This document shows, one piece after another, positions 25,421 to 36,546 of a stretch of 64,000 bases of DNA (positions are counted from its first letter, which is position 1; every line of letters starts with the position of its first letter). The notes below the pieces were generated by a model, which did no database searches, was not told the origin of the DNA, and worked only from the letters and a program-made list of their open reading frames with translations. The DNA is taken from positions 930,001-994,000 of the forward strand of contig NC_047064.1 of the NCBI RefSeq assembly GCF_902459465.1, given 5' to 3'. The DNA comes from Asterias rubens. Lineage: Eukaryota. The translations under genes and the position numbers were made by a program.

Positions 25421-25969
25421 TTGATAGTAACAACCTAGCAGTAGTTTTGCTATTCATAACAATACTCAATAAGTCATAAACCTAGCTCCAAATTCCAATG
25501 CTAGTGGTGAGAGACTATATTCTGAGATTGTCCGTGATGAAACTCAGTAACTCACAACTCCATCTCATGCTACTGTCTGAATTATTTATAACTCCATAAC
25601 TCAATTTTCAAAAGTAAGCAACACTTACAGTGTAATTGATTACATCATTTATTAACGGTGACAGCAAGCATTTGTAAAACATGTGCCATATCATGCTACG
25701 TAAAAAGAAATCTCATTTCTCATTTTCTTAACTCAAAAGTCCGATTTGTGAGTTTAATCTTCTGAAGAATGTAAATGATTTAAGACCAAGACAAATGTTT
25801 GATCTCTAATAATATGTTGAAATGTTATGTTGTTGTGATGATCATCGGCACAACAAATTAAGTGCAAGTCTACCATTTTTTTTTTAAATGAAGTAATTGA
25901 AAATTCCACCAATGATGTTTGATCTTGATATGATGCAAATCAGTTTTATTTTGGTTATGACACGCAATG

Positions 25970-26230
25970 CTGTTAATATTGTGTTTGCTTCAACAGATTA
26001 TTTATTTTTGTGATCACTAAAAATACAAGTAAGTGGTGCTTAATGACAATATTTTTTTTATCACACTGTTAATATTGTGTTTACTTTAACAGTTGAGAAT
26101 AATTTGTATATGATTTTATTTTTTGTGTGATCACAAAAAAATACAATAAGTGTGTTTTATGACAATTTTACCAGACTCACTGCTGTTAATATTGTATTTT
26201 CTTTAATAGTTGAGATTTTATTTGTCACAA
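25970..26230. repeat. Three diverged AT-rich tandem units (~96-117 bp)
   Basis: CTGTTAATATTGT at 25970, 26066 and 26183. TGTGATCAC..AAAATACAA is repeated. Confidence 0.75.
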
Positions 26231-27429
26231 CAAGTACCTGTAGGTCTTGCTTTATGGGTCAGTTTCCAATGAAAGTTCATCCCAACTTCAATTTTGAGTT
26301 AATATATGAATTAAGGAGACATTGAACGGTCTGGTAGTTTTGATCCTGTCACCTTTAGGGTCAATTAATCTTATGGTTACAGGCGTCAGGAAAAACCAGC
26401 GGTGTTGAAGAATAAATCATCATAAGATGTTCCGCGTTATAAACTTCTTCATACACTGCCTTAAAATCATAAGTAAACGATAAATTCTTAACTACGTACT
26501 GGACATTAAATAAACACTGATAGTGGAAGTTTTGCATCGCAGTTTAATTTTATACCAACTTGTAAAATGTTCTCACTTTTGTTTATTTAAACACGACCGG
26601 TGCATCAGGATTCATTGTTGTTATAGAAAAACCACACTTTGTTAAACCTGTTTTTATGCACAATAATATCCACTAACTACAGCAATTAAATATGTATTCC
26701 AATAGTAACAGGTGACCATAGAAGAGATTGCAAGTGTAGAGGCTTTGTGTTTTTTTATACATTTTTATTGTGTCCCTAAATGCGAGATTTCCATTCTGTA
26801 AAATAATCCATAGCTAAAAAAAAAGCTAAAGCTAAAGATAAAATCCTTACAAATAATTTGTTGTTGTTGAAAAGAAACTAAGGTTCAGATGTACTTCTTT
26901 ACATTATGATAACACAAGGTTTATACATAACCTTTCTACAAAATCAGGATTTTTTCCAGGATTCTTACAAACTGTGGCACATTCTGGTCCCCAAATTTTG
27001 ACAGAGGCACACTTTGAGCCTTGAAAAGAGTTTCATATAGAATGGCGTTTTACACCATTTTAACACAAGGTTATAGAGACTTTAAATGTTGTCCCCACTT
27101 TCATGAAGTCTATCTATTGGAAAATAAGTGCATCACAAAACTTATATCGACCTTGGAGCCCCCCCCCCCCTGAAGATACAGACCGTGAACAAGTGGGGGA
27201 GTAATGAAAATACAAACTGGTCCCCCGAAAAAGTATGGAATCATTTTGATAATTGGAAAAACACACCTGGGTATTCCGCCATTGTGACATTCATTTCAAA
27301 GTTTACTTAACAATAAAAAACAAGATTTGTTTACCCATCCAGGTGTAACATGAAGTGTATTGAGTCACCCTCCATTAACTTAGAAAACACACTCGCTGAA
27401 AGAAAAACACATTTTATTCAGACAAACAA

Positions 27430-27495
27430 GATTGCTTTCAAACGCCGGTGGAAAGCGCTATATAAACGTTAAAATTATCATTTTTATTATTATTG
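27430..27495 (+). mobile_element. Isolated L2/SINE-type 3' tail
   Basis: AAGCGCTATATAAACG followed by an (ATT)n-like tail, the same pattern as the other L2-type ends in the window. Confidence 0.4.
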
Positions 27496-29253
27496 AATAC
27501 TACCCACGCAAGTTTATAGCCTGCGGGTATGTGCACGACCTGTTTATACAAATTCATTCATTATTGATGACAAGTTATTCTTTATACTTGGGATTTGAAG
27601 GTTTGCATCAAGCATGTGCATTGATAATGATGTGCCAGTCAGTGTTCTTTCTTAACATTGGTCCACTAACAGTTAGAACAGCCAAGGACAAGTCAAAACT
27701 CACTCCCAGGTGACTAGTTCAGTGCAGAAAAGCACCCCCTTTTCATTTGAATATATTATGGCCTATTGAACAAGCTGATGAACTAGTGAAATGACAAGCT
27801 AACTCCTCCTGTTGGCAAGTGAGTACAAAAGTTCAGGGCAACTGCCAGTGGTCTGTCGACCAAATGCTAGTTAGCACAGCTGAGGACCAGATGAAATACT
27901 CTCTGAGTGGTCACGCTGGCTGGCTCAGTGTTGAACAGCATCCATACATAATATGAAATATGGACCAGAATCATGAGGGGTCCTGGAAGTTGTTCTTTGC
28001 ATACATGTGGTCTCAGGACTTTTCCTGATTTCAGGTCGTTCCCAAAGTCTCCTTTAGCCTTGAATGAAATAAAGCAGTCACCAAAGGGAGAGAGAAGTCC
28101 ACACTGTCCAAACCCAATTTTTTTTCTTTCTCTTCAAACCTCCTGAATTGTAATGTCTGGGAATCGAGCCTCTTTTAGGAATTTTCACATTCGTCAAATC
28201 TCATCCTTGACTCAATTTACTATCATTGTAATCTTAAAAACCTTGTTTGAACCCTTAACAAAAACAACCAGTCGTTGCCTGGTTATGTGATGATGAGTAG
28301 TGATTTAATGACACACTGGTATTTATTTCCAAAATGGTGGTTTACAGGATTGGTTTTGCATGGGTTCACTAACGCCTACGTAGATTGAAGCTATGGATGA
28401 CGTACTGTCCACTAATCTTCAGCACTAGTACCCAGGTAGTAAGATAAAGAACTGAATCTTAGCAACAGTCAATTGATTCAATAAATATATCTTGTCATGT
28501 TACTTATTTTAGTCTGATACGATAAATGTTGTGCTCTAATAACTCAACGTTGATGTTATCTGGTATTGAAACATTGAATTATTTTGAATATCTAACGGAA
28601 GGCCAGTGGGCCCAATGTCATTGAGATGCTTAAGTAAAAATGTTGCTTAAAAATAATATTCGACAAAGCAAAAATATGCAGGATACCAGTCGCAGTTGGT
28701 ACATGTGAAATGGTATTTTGGCTGAACCTTATTCTTGAAAGCATGTTGTGCTTGGCTGTTTTTGTGCTTTAAAAGCAGTTATACGGGAAGTCGTGGGCTG
28801 TTTGAAACCAGAGCTTATTGGGTCTTGCTTTGACTCCATCACTCCTGGAAATGTGTTCTTTTAAAGCTGGAGCTGAAGCTGTGGTTTTAAATATGCAGGC
28901 ATAATATTTTTTTCTGCTGAAGTCTGATTTGTTTTTGCCCTCTGGTATTAATCAGAAAAAGTACGATTAGGCCTTAAATAGCCTTAAAAGTCTATTAAAG
29001 TCTATACCATGTGTACATGTAGGTCAACCTTTGTACTCAGTTGTTGCACCTTTTTTTCAAAGGCCAAATATCTTGAAAACAGCAATAGTGGACCCTGGGC
29101 CAAATATTGATGGCTCAGCTTAACTCTGGAGTCTGTGGTTAAGGTCAGTCGGTCACCATCATCTGCTTACAGAGTTACAACACAAACAATGCTTAGCAAT
29201 ATTAAGTACACATGCTGACAGCCAAAACGTCTTGCTAACATTTGAAATACACT

Positions 29254-29630
29254 TTAAAGGGAAGGTACACGTTTAGTAATTGTCAAAGACCAGTCTTCTT
29301 ACTTTGTGTATCCCATCATATGCATAAAATAACAAGCCTGTGAAAATTTGGGCTCAATCGGTCAACGAAAATTGCGAGAAAATGATGAAAGAAAAAACAC
29401 CCTTTTTGGACGAATTTGTGTGCTTTCAGATAGGAATAAAAGACTTCTAGCTAGAAGTATTTTATTGTTTTAGTGAGAAATTACCTCTTTCTCAAAAACT
29501 ACATTACTTTAGAGGGAGTCGTTTCCCACAATGTTTTATACTATCAACAGCTCTCCAATGCTCGTTACCAAGTCAGTTTTTAAGTTAATATTTGTTTTGA
29601 GTAATTACCAAACGTGTATCTTCCCTTTAA
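29254..29630. mobile_element. Kolobok-type MITE, including TTAA TSDs
   Basis: Near-perfect inverted ends TTAAAGGGAAGGTACACGTTTAGTAATT / AATTACCAAACGTGTATCTTCCCTTTAA. The interior is homologous (inverted) to 21095 and 40334. Confidence 0.9.
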
Positions 29631-32085
29631 GCATGGATTTTTCTTCTAACAAAATAGGACTAGACCTTACTGTTTCATTGAATTTTTAGGAATAACCGAC
29701 AATTGAAACAATAAGCTTACAGAACCTGCTAAGCACAAAGGTATAAGCAATTTTATGTGCTTGGCGCAAATTTGTTGGCAGATTTGACTGGAAACCTATT
29801 TCTGTAGAGACAAAATTTTCTGTGTTAAAAGTTCTTACTGCTCTTTATAATGAATCTGTACTAAAGAATAGAAACGATCATTGGTTTGATTTAAGGTTGT
29901 TTTCCACTGAGGTTTTTTTTTTCATCAATATAATTCTTTTGCAATGGTATGTCGTTGGTTTCTTCTTCCATGGTTTGTGGTGAAATATACTTATCATGCA
30001 AGTACAATTTTTTTTTAAACTAATCAGAAATATTCCAAGTTTAACCTTACACTAAGCAAATTTAAAAATCTATAATTCATTGTGTAATCATGAAAACTAT
30101 TTAATCAATGAGTTGCAGAAGCTGTGTTGTAATATTTTACTATGATGTCATAAGAAACTAAACATTCCTTTCAAAGCAGTACCATTCCCATTTTATCTAA
30201 ACCATACGCCACTGTCATAAATGCTCCAGTAGTCAGATAAACCTCCCCTCTGATAATTCCAGCCTCTGTACTTACCACCCCTCCAAAACTTTAGAACAGT
30301 CCACTTTGTCAGTGACTTGGTCCATTCGCTCAGGCATGACTTAGTAGTCTAGCATAGTGTAATGTATACATGTACACTAAGAGCCAATGTGTATCACTCA
30401 GAGAATGCCAGCCAATCGCTCTTCCATAGCCTAGCCCACCACTACTTTACCTCAAAGCTGTCACTACCTAGCTAGCTACACAATCATTAGACGTGACTCA
30501 AATACAGTGCAAGGATCATACTGAACTGGGTTCTCATTCACCTCAAGTCTGCTGCCTCTGCTGCTCGTACAACATTTATTGGATGATTCAGTTTCTTGGG
30601 TTTGAGATTTAGCTGTCACATTTTTTGCAGTCAGGTGTACAGCCTCTGGATTCGTGTGAATATTTGACTGTGATTTCTTGCTAACAGTTTCTAAGATGCT
30701 GAGATACTGATTTATTGGAGGGAGATATTAAGGAAGATAAGTTGGAGTTAAGTTTACATCTCAAGACTTAAAGAGGAGAGGATGCAATTGCTTAAAAACC
30801 ATTTGGAATTATATCTGAAGTCGGCCAGACCAAGTTGCTTCTAACATATGTAAGTTTTTCAAGTTTTTCCTCTATCTAATGGTTTTGTCAATTTTGTTTG
30901 TCAATTATTATTTGTTTATTACTAGATTGTATTGATGTGAACTTATTTTATAAAAATTCAAATGTCCTTTACATGTAAAAACATATAGCAAATCCAGGAG
31001 CTGTGGGGGAAAACACCTTCATTGAATGTTCAGGGACGTGTTATATATACAACAATCTAAGTGTGTTTAGAAATACTCTTAAATACAAACACGTATAAAA
31101 TAACCACTTTATATTTAGTGACTTTGACTGAGTTTGTCTACAAAGTAAAATAATTATAATTGTTGAGAAGGTGCAAATAATTATCACTATACAGTACTGT
31201 TTTATGCTTAGATTCCAAAATGCTATTTTTTGGTGTTAAAATATCCCAATAGGGATCACTAACTCATTGAAGTTTTCCCCCAAATTTAACATTTTGTGAC
31301 ACTTTGTACCGAAAACATTAGTAAAGTGAAACAAATAATCAAAACTCAAAACCCAGTTTTCAATTATTTCTAATTTTTAAATTTTAGGCCTATAGATGTG
31401 TTTGGCAATTTCATCTTCTGTTTCAAGTACAAAATTGCATGCTGGAAACCAGGAAAAGATATTGAAAACTCCTGAGCTGGGAGAACATTGAACTAAAATA
31501 TCTGACTTTAATGAATGGCTCCACTTTGTTCTTTTAGTGTATACAAAAAAGAAGAAAAAATACAATTTGGGATGGGTTGGCACAACTTGGTAGGTCAAGG
31601 CAATTTCGAAGGAAAAACCCAGAAGAAGTCAACATTTAAAAACAAATATTTGTTTTCAGTAGCAACATTCTATTAGGGTGGATTCAAAGCAGTTCAACTG
31701 CCATTGCACTTTGCAACTGTTATTTTCATTTTTGGAACATCGTGCCAACAAGTATATTTCAAAAGACTGCCCTAACAATGTGATTTTTTTGTGTTGTGAA
31801 ATAGGTGGAAAAAAACACATTGAATCCGTGGTTTAGTGTCAGTAAAGGTTTTTAAAAGCTGCATTGAGCCGAGAAGGTCGCATCTTTCCCTAACAATCAA
31901 TAATAATAAAAATTCAAGTTCATTCTCAGTACACATGTTTCACAGATTTAAACAGTTTGAAATTTACGGAACGCTTAAAGATGATTAGTGTTTCCTTTTC
32001 AAAACTTGAGAAAATAGAAGTAGCTGTTGCAAACTGCTTACCAACCAAAAGGACCTTTGTTACATGTAAATGCAAACAAGTAGAT

Positions 32086-32126
32086 GGCCTAACGTTTCGA
32101 CCCTAACAAAGAATTTCTCGAAGGCT
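32086..32126 (-). ncRNA. Decayed variant hammerhead-like motif (U3-A8 core family)
   Basis: Minus strand: AGCCT TCGAGAA A TTCTTT gtt AGGGTC GAAA CG TT AGGCC. Core and stem I are intact; the 5' side of stem II is mutated. The downstream flank is homologous to 22654-22720. Confidence 0.5.
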
Positions 32127-32400
32127 AAAAAAAAAGAAATAATTTTGTGGGAAAAAATGTTTAGTCACAAAAAATACAAAGATAGAAATGTTTAAGCAAC
32201 AGTTGTCAGAAATTCACAAGGCCCTACCAACAGCAAACATTCTGGTGAATTCTGTATCAGAGTGACTTTAAAAAGGCACGAAAAGTAAAGTTCCACAACA
32301 GGTCTAAAGAGTCTAACATGTTTTCCCATCACAATAATGTTTCAACATGCATTCATAACATTAGATTTGAATTGGAAAATATGAACTTTTCTAAGTAGAT

Positions 32401-32765
32401 AGGATTTGAGGCATTGAATGGTGAGGTATCAATGTATCTACTTGCCAGGTAGAGTTGTTCTTAGGGAACTGTCTTGCTTTATTCTACTGCTGCGGAGTAG
32501 ATAATCGGAGGTTCGGGAGACTTCTCAGTTCTGAAAAGAACTGTCCTGCTTTTTAACTATTACCAGGGCAGATGGTATAGAAAATAGACTGGACTACTAC
32601 TATAGCTTATAGGATCGTAATTAACTGTACTGCCGCGGAGTCAGTTCTGAATTGGTCTCAACGTTTCGACTAGCTTGCTCTAGTCATCGTCAGGAGACAG
32701 TTCTCTAAGAACAACTCTACCTGGCAAGTAGATACACACATGGTGTTACCGCAAACCAAATAAGT
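32401..32765. mobile_element. Non-autonomous Penelope-like/retrozyme-like element with internal 42-bp inverted repeat
   Basis: Arms 32433-32474 and 32695-32736 are 41/42 complementary and a hammerhead lies at the junction. Related fragments occur at 10354, 21531 and 38127-38264. The PLE assignment is inferred from the known association of PLE terminal repeats with minimal hammerheads. Confidence 0.55.
32655..32698 (-). ncRNA. Minimal type I hammerhead ribozyme motif
   Basis: Minus strand: GTCTC (stem I) CTGACGA T GACTAG agcaag CTAGTC (6-bp stem II) GAAA CG T T GAGAC (stem I). The core is complete, stem III is the palindromic ACGU, and the cleavage triplet is GUU. Confidence 0.85.
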
Positions 32766-34132
32766 AGGTTTTAGAGTTGCTTTTATGAGTTTACATAGTT
32801 CATCCTTTGGGGGCAATGTTGATAATGGACAAACTTGAAGAACTACAACCACTTTATTCAAAGCCTCAAGAGGTACATACATGTATTTGAGTATAATTTG
32901 GTGAATTTGCTGTCACATTTAAAAGCAAGTTGCCTTGGAGCTTTTTTTACTGAACGCAAATCTGTTCTCTTGTCTCTTGTCAAAAAAGTAAGTATAATTA
33001 TTCGAAGGCAGAATAAAAATGGCAAAAAAGTATTCATTGATCATGCTTGAAGCTATACAGTTCACAATATTTCTTGAACCCTAAAATGTATTTCCCAAGT
33101 TCAATAAACCATGTAAATTAATCATGCAAAGATGTATTGAATTGTCATGATCAACCAAAACAAGGCCCAAGTTCATGTGTGTATACAAGCTTAGGACATC
33201 GCTGAAAACAAAAAACAGGCTGGCAGTGGCAGTCCAATGCGATTCATGTTGTGGGAAGTGGTAACCAGTTAAACTGTTTAACAAAACCTTCGGGGACTTT
33301 GTATAATATTGGCTGGTTTTAGTGGGTTACAAGGTTTGGTGGTCTACAGTCTGGTCCTAGTTATTTCTAATAGCTCACGGAATGCCAACTTATAAAGACT
33401 GGTTTATTAGGACCCGAGGGTCCGTAAAAAAACCTGGCAGTTTGTCAACCATCAAGAGCATCAACCTTTTGGTAAATCTGCTTCTACTGAGAATTTCATG
33501 CTATTTTTTGGAGATCAGTGTGTGGAGTTTGAAGAGAGAAATAATTTATTTATGACAAATCTTTCAAACTGAATCTATAATTTCATTCAGTGTATCATGT
33601 TATGTATGTAGTCCCTTTGCAACAAATTCAGAAGTTATAAATATTCCATGTAGAATTAATTTAGAATTGAAGACTTCACACGAGGGGAGGACTTGAAAAA
33701 ATAATTTGATGAAAATTTCCATTAATATTTCAGGGTAATCTTGAACACACGTTCCCCTTATACCTTCTAATCACTAACCCCCACACACTACTTGCCTCTT
33801 TCTAGTTTCATATACCCTCTGGTAGCCCTACCCAACCCCCACCCAAAACACTCTTATCGGCCCAACCTACCCCAACTGAAGACAGATTTTTAGGAGAGTT
33901 GCCCATTTTTGGTCTAGCCTAGCTATTTTGGCAGGGTTACGGCGTGACCTTGTTGTAGTTTGTCAATGTCATCTGTTTTGAAGTGTGCAATGAGACTGAA
34001 ATCCTGAGTAGGTTTTGAGCTGATTAGTGGCTGACTGTCCTTGGGATAGTCACTTGTGCTCAATGCTGAACTTGGTCTCATCAGCCATATTGCATCCATT
34101 GATGACTCTACATCATTCATGGATGTCACATA

Positions 34133-34295
34133 GGGCCTTTTTCGAACCCAAATTTTGGCTTTGGCTTTGGCAGGGGCTATATGGCTTGGGCTATGTCTAC
34201 CTATTTAAAGTCCCGCATGGAGTGTGAAAATTTCTCAAAACTGATGGAGCCTAAGCACATATGCCTAAGCCCAAGTCATGGTTTTAAAAATGTCC
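34133..34295. mobile_element. PIF/Harbinger-type MITE (degenerate)
   Basis: Imperfect TIRs GGGCCTTTTTCGAACC / GGTTTTAAAAATGTCC, flanked by ATA and TTA. The interior has GGCTTTGGCTTTGG / AAGCCCAAG mirror motifs. Confidence 0.45.
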
Positions 34296-34613
34296 TTACT
34301 CTAAAATTAGAACAAGCTGCAGTATCTCTTTTATGGAAATTAAACTTCAAATCTTTTATGAGTAATGTTAAGAAACCTTAGAATTCTTGAATGACAAAAC
34401 AATTACATCCAAAACTAATGAGTTGCATTACACGCTGTTTCTAAAGGTGCTGCGATAATTAGTGGAACCCAGTTTTGAAAAGTTATAACTTTTCTTTGTT
34501 AGTCTCATAGTAGAGTTCGGAAGCTTGCCAAGCTGTATTTGATTGATTGCATGTTATTGAGTGCGTTTTGTTCCGTTTTTAAGAATGATTTTATTTTTGA
34601 TTATTTTGTGCAG

Positions 34614-34877
34614 GTAGAGCAAGACCAGGAAAGTCTGTTTGTATCTTCTAAAGACAGCACCATAAACTCTTGGATTTGTACTTTTAGGGATTCTCTATAT
34701 TGAGGAACTGCAGAACTGGTACACAACTTCACTTTATACCACAAGGACGTGGTTATCACTCAATGAACAAAATGGCAGTCAAACTTGGATTACTTGTACT
34801 TCTTATGGTTACCATAGCAACAGGAATGGACGATGATGTTTGTTCACATCCTGTTACAAGACTCATCAAATATCAAG
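34614..34877 (+). other. Exon containing 5' UTR and translation start
   Basis: Strong acceptor ttatttttgattattttgtgcag|G (34613/34614), a second acceptor gtacttttag|G (34687/34688), and a strong donor CAAG|GTAAGA (34877/34878). Confidence 0.7.
34763..34877 (+). CDS. First coding exon of a secreted or single-pass membrane protein (signal peptide); rest of gene not found in window
   Basis: MNKMAVKLGLLVLLMVTIATG-MDDDVCSHPVTRLIKYQ followed by a phase-1 intron. It has a basic n-region, a hydrophobic h-region and an A-x-G cleavage site. The second ATG (34772) is in AAAATGG context. An in-frame TAG lies upstream at 34685-34687. Confidence 0.7.
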
Positions 34878-36375
34878 GTAAGAATTCATTATCCTTAGTC
34901 ATTGTTCAAAAGCATTCAAGTTCCTCAACCCTGCTGTCCGATCCCTTTATTTATTGTGCTTCAAAATGAAAAACACCGAAATAAATAAAATATAGTCTCT
35001 TTAATTTATGATTGGGTTTCCACTTTTGTTTGCTTTTTGAACTGTGTCTAACGTTTTCAGTAAGATATAAATCTCCTCCTTGTTTGCCACACTTGGAGGA
35101 TAAAATACACTTCCACAACTGCTTGTAGGTAAAAGTCAGATATTAGTCAGATTTAGACTTCAACTAATAAACCAAATCAGAAGTTGTGGATACATTTTAT
35201 GGGCAGTGTGAGTAACTTAGCAGGTGTTAAAAAGGTATAACGTGTCTGGGGTTATGGAGCTGGTTACCAGCTTAATGTATCAGCTGATATTGTTGCAGGG
35301 GACTTTGGGGTGACCAGCTAAACCTGTGTCCCAGGGTGGTGTAAGAGGGTTAGTATTTGCTTAGCGTTAAATGGCTTGTTCCTTGGAGGTGGATTTTGAG
35401 GTAAAGTGTACTTATAAGGTGTAGCTGTGAGGGCTTCACATCAGGGTGCTGGTTGTGATACTCATGTATCAATATCGCAATCGCAGGAGTTCTACCAGGT
35501 GTGGTCTTAAATACTATGTTGAATTCTGCCCTGAGGCAGTGGAAGGCATGCATTAAATCTGCAAACAGTGTGAGATATTTACACACACTTTTTAACATCT
35601 GAAAGTTGTAGGTTTTAAAGTCGCTGCATGAAGAACAGGTTTTTTAAAGAATTTAAACTGAAATTGTACCCGTAAACACTTTTGGTCAATGGATTTGTTT
35701 TCCCAGGATAAAGGATAAAGTTATAGAAAGGTTTGCGGTATAAGGATAAAGTTATTAAAAAGTTTTAAAAGTCAAGCAAATTAATGAATATTTTGTTTTT
35801 GAGCGATAGAGAGCACTTTTTACTCTTTAATATTCTTCATTTGTTCACTATTTCACACTTTTGATGCCTTTAGTTGTTTTATTTGCCAATATTGTGGCAA
35901 CAAACTTCCTTAAATTTTTAAAGTTAACAAGTTTCGCCATCAAAGTCTGATTTAAAAGGGTGACAAATACAACTGTTAGTGCAGTCAAAATCTGTGTACT
36001 TTTGCAGAATCAACAGTCATAAATGTCTTGTGAGATTTGTTAAAAGCTTTTGATGATCTGAACAAACTTCCTGTCTGCTAAACTAGAACGGGAAATCAGT
36101 CACGCTCTGATCTTTAGGGCCGGTCTTTCATTTCCAGTGCATTAATTCTAATGTTTGGTTTAGAGTTGTTTTATCGCTCGTTTGATTTTGACGGAAGACC
36201 ACACAATTGAGGGATGGATGAGGCGAAGACTTTTGTGCGGTGGACACATCTTTAATTTCATGTTCCAAGTTTATCTGAAACAGATGGTGGTCATTAATGT
36301 ACCATTGGGGAGAGTGATTGGAAAGCAAAGAAGAGTAGCCGGTGAGAAAATGGCTTGAAGGTTGGGATAGCTACA

Positions 36376-36546
36376 AAGGACTGATACTTCACGGAGGCAA
36401 CAAAGGCGATTACCTCCATGCCCCCGTGGTCATTGCCTTCCTGCCCTTCAAATGCTCCAGTAGAAATTCCTCATAGGGTCCCCTTTACAAAGGAGAAAAT
36501 GTCTTGGTGCTCTTGCCCTTCCAAAAGACGGGAGCATACAGGCCTG
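36376..36546. mobile_element. hAT-like MITE
   Basis: Right end CAGGCCTG and degenerate left end AAGGACTG; GCTACA is present on both flanks. The interior GAGAAAATGTCTTGGTGCTCTTG matches (inverted) a fragment at about 16615-16660. The superfamily assignment is tentative. Confidence 0.5.

Noticed and set aside
36116-36139. RAGLSFPV resembling histone H2A (RAGLQFPV)
   Set aside because: It is followed by stops within a few codons and no other H2A sequence is present, so it is a chance match.
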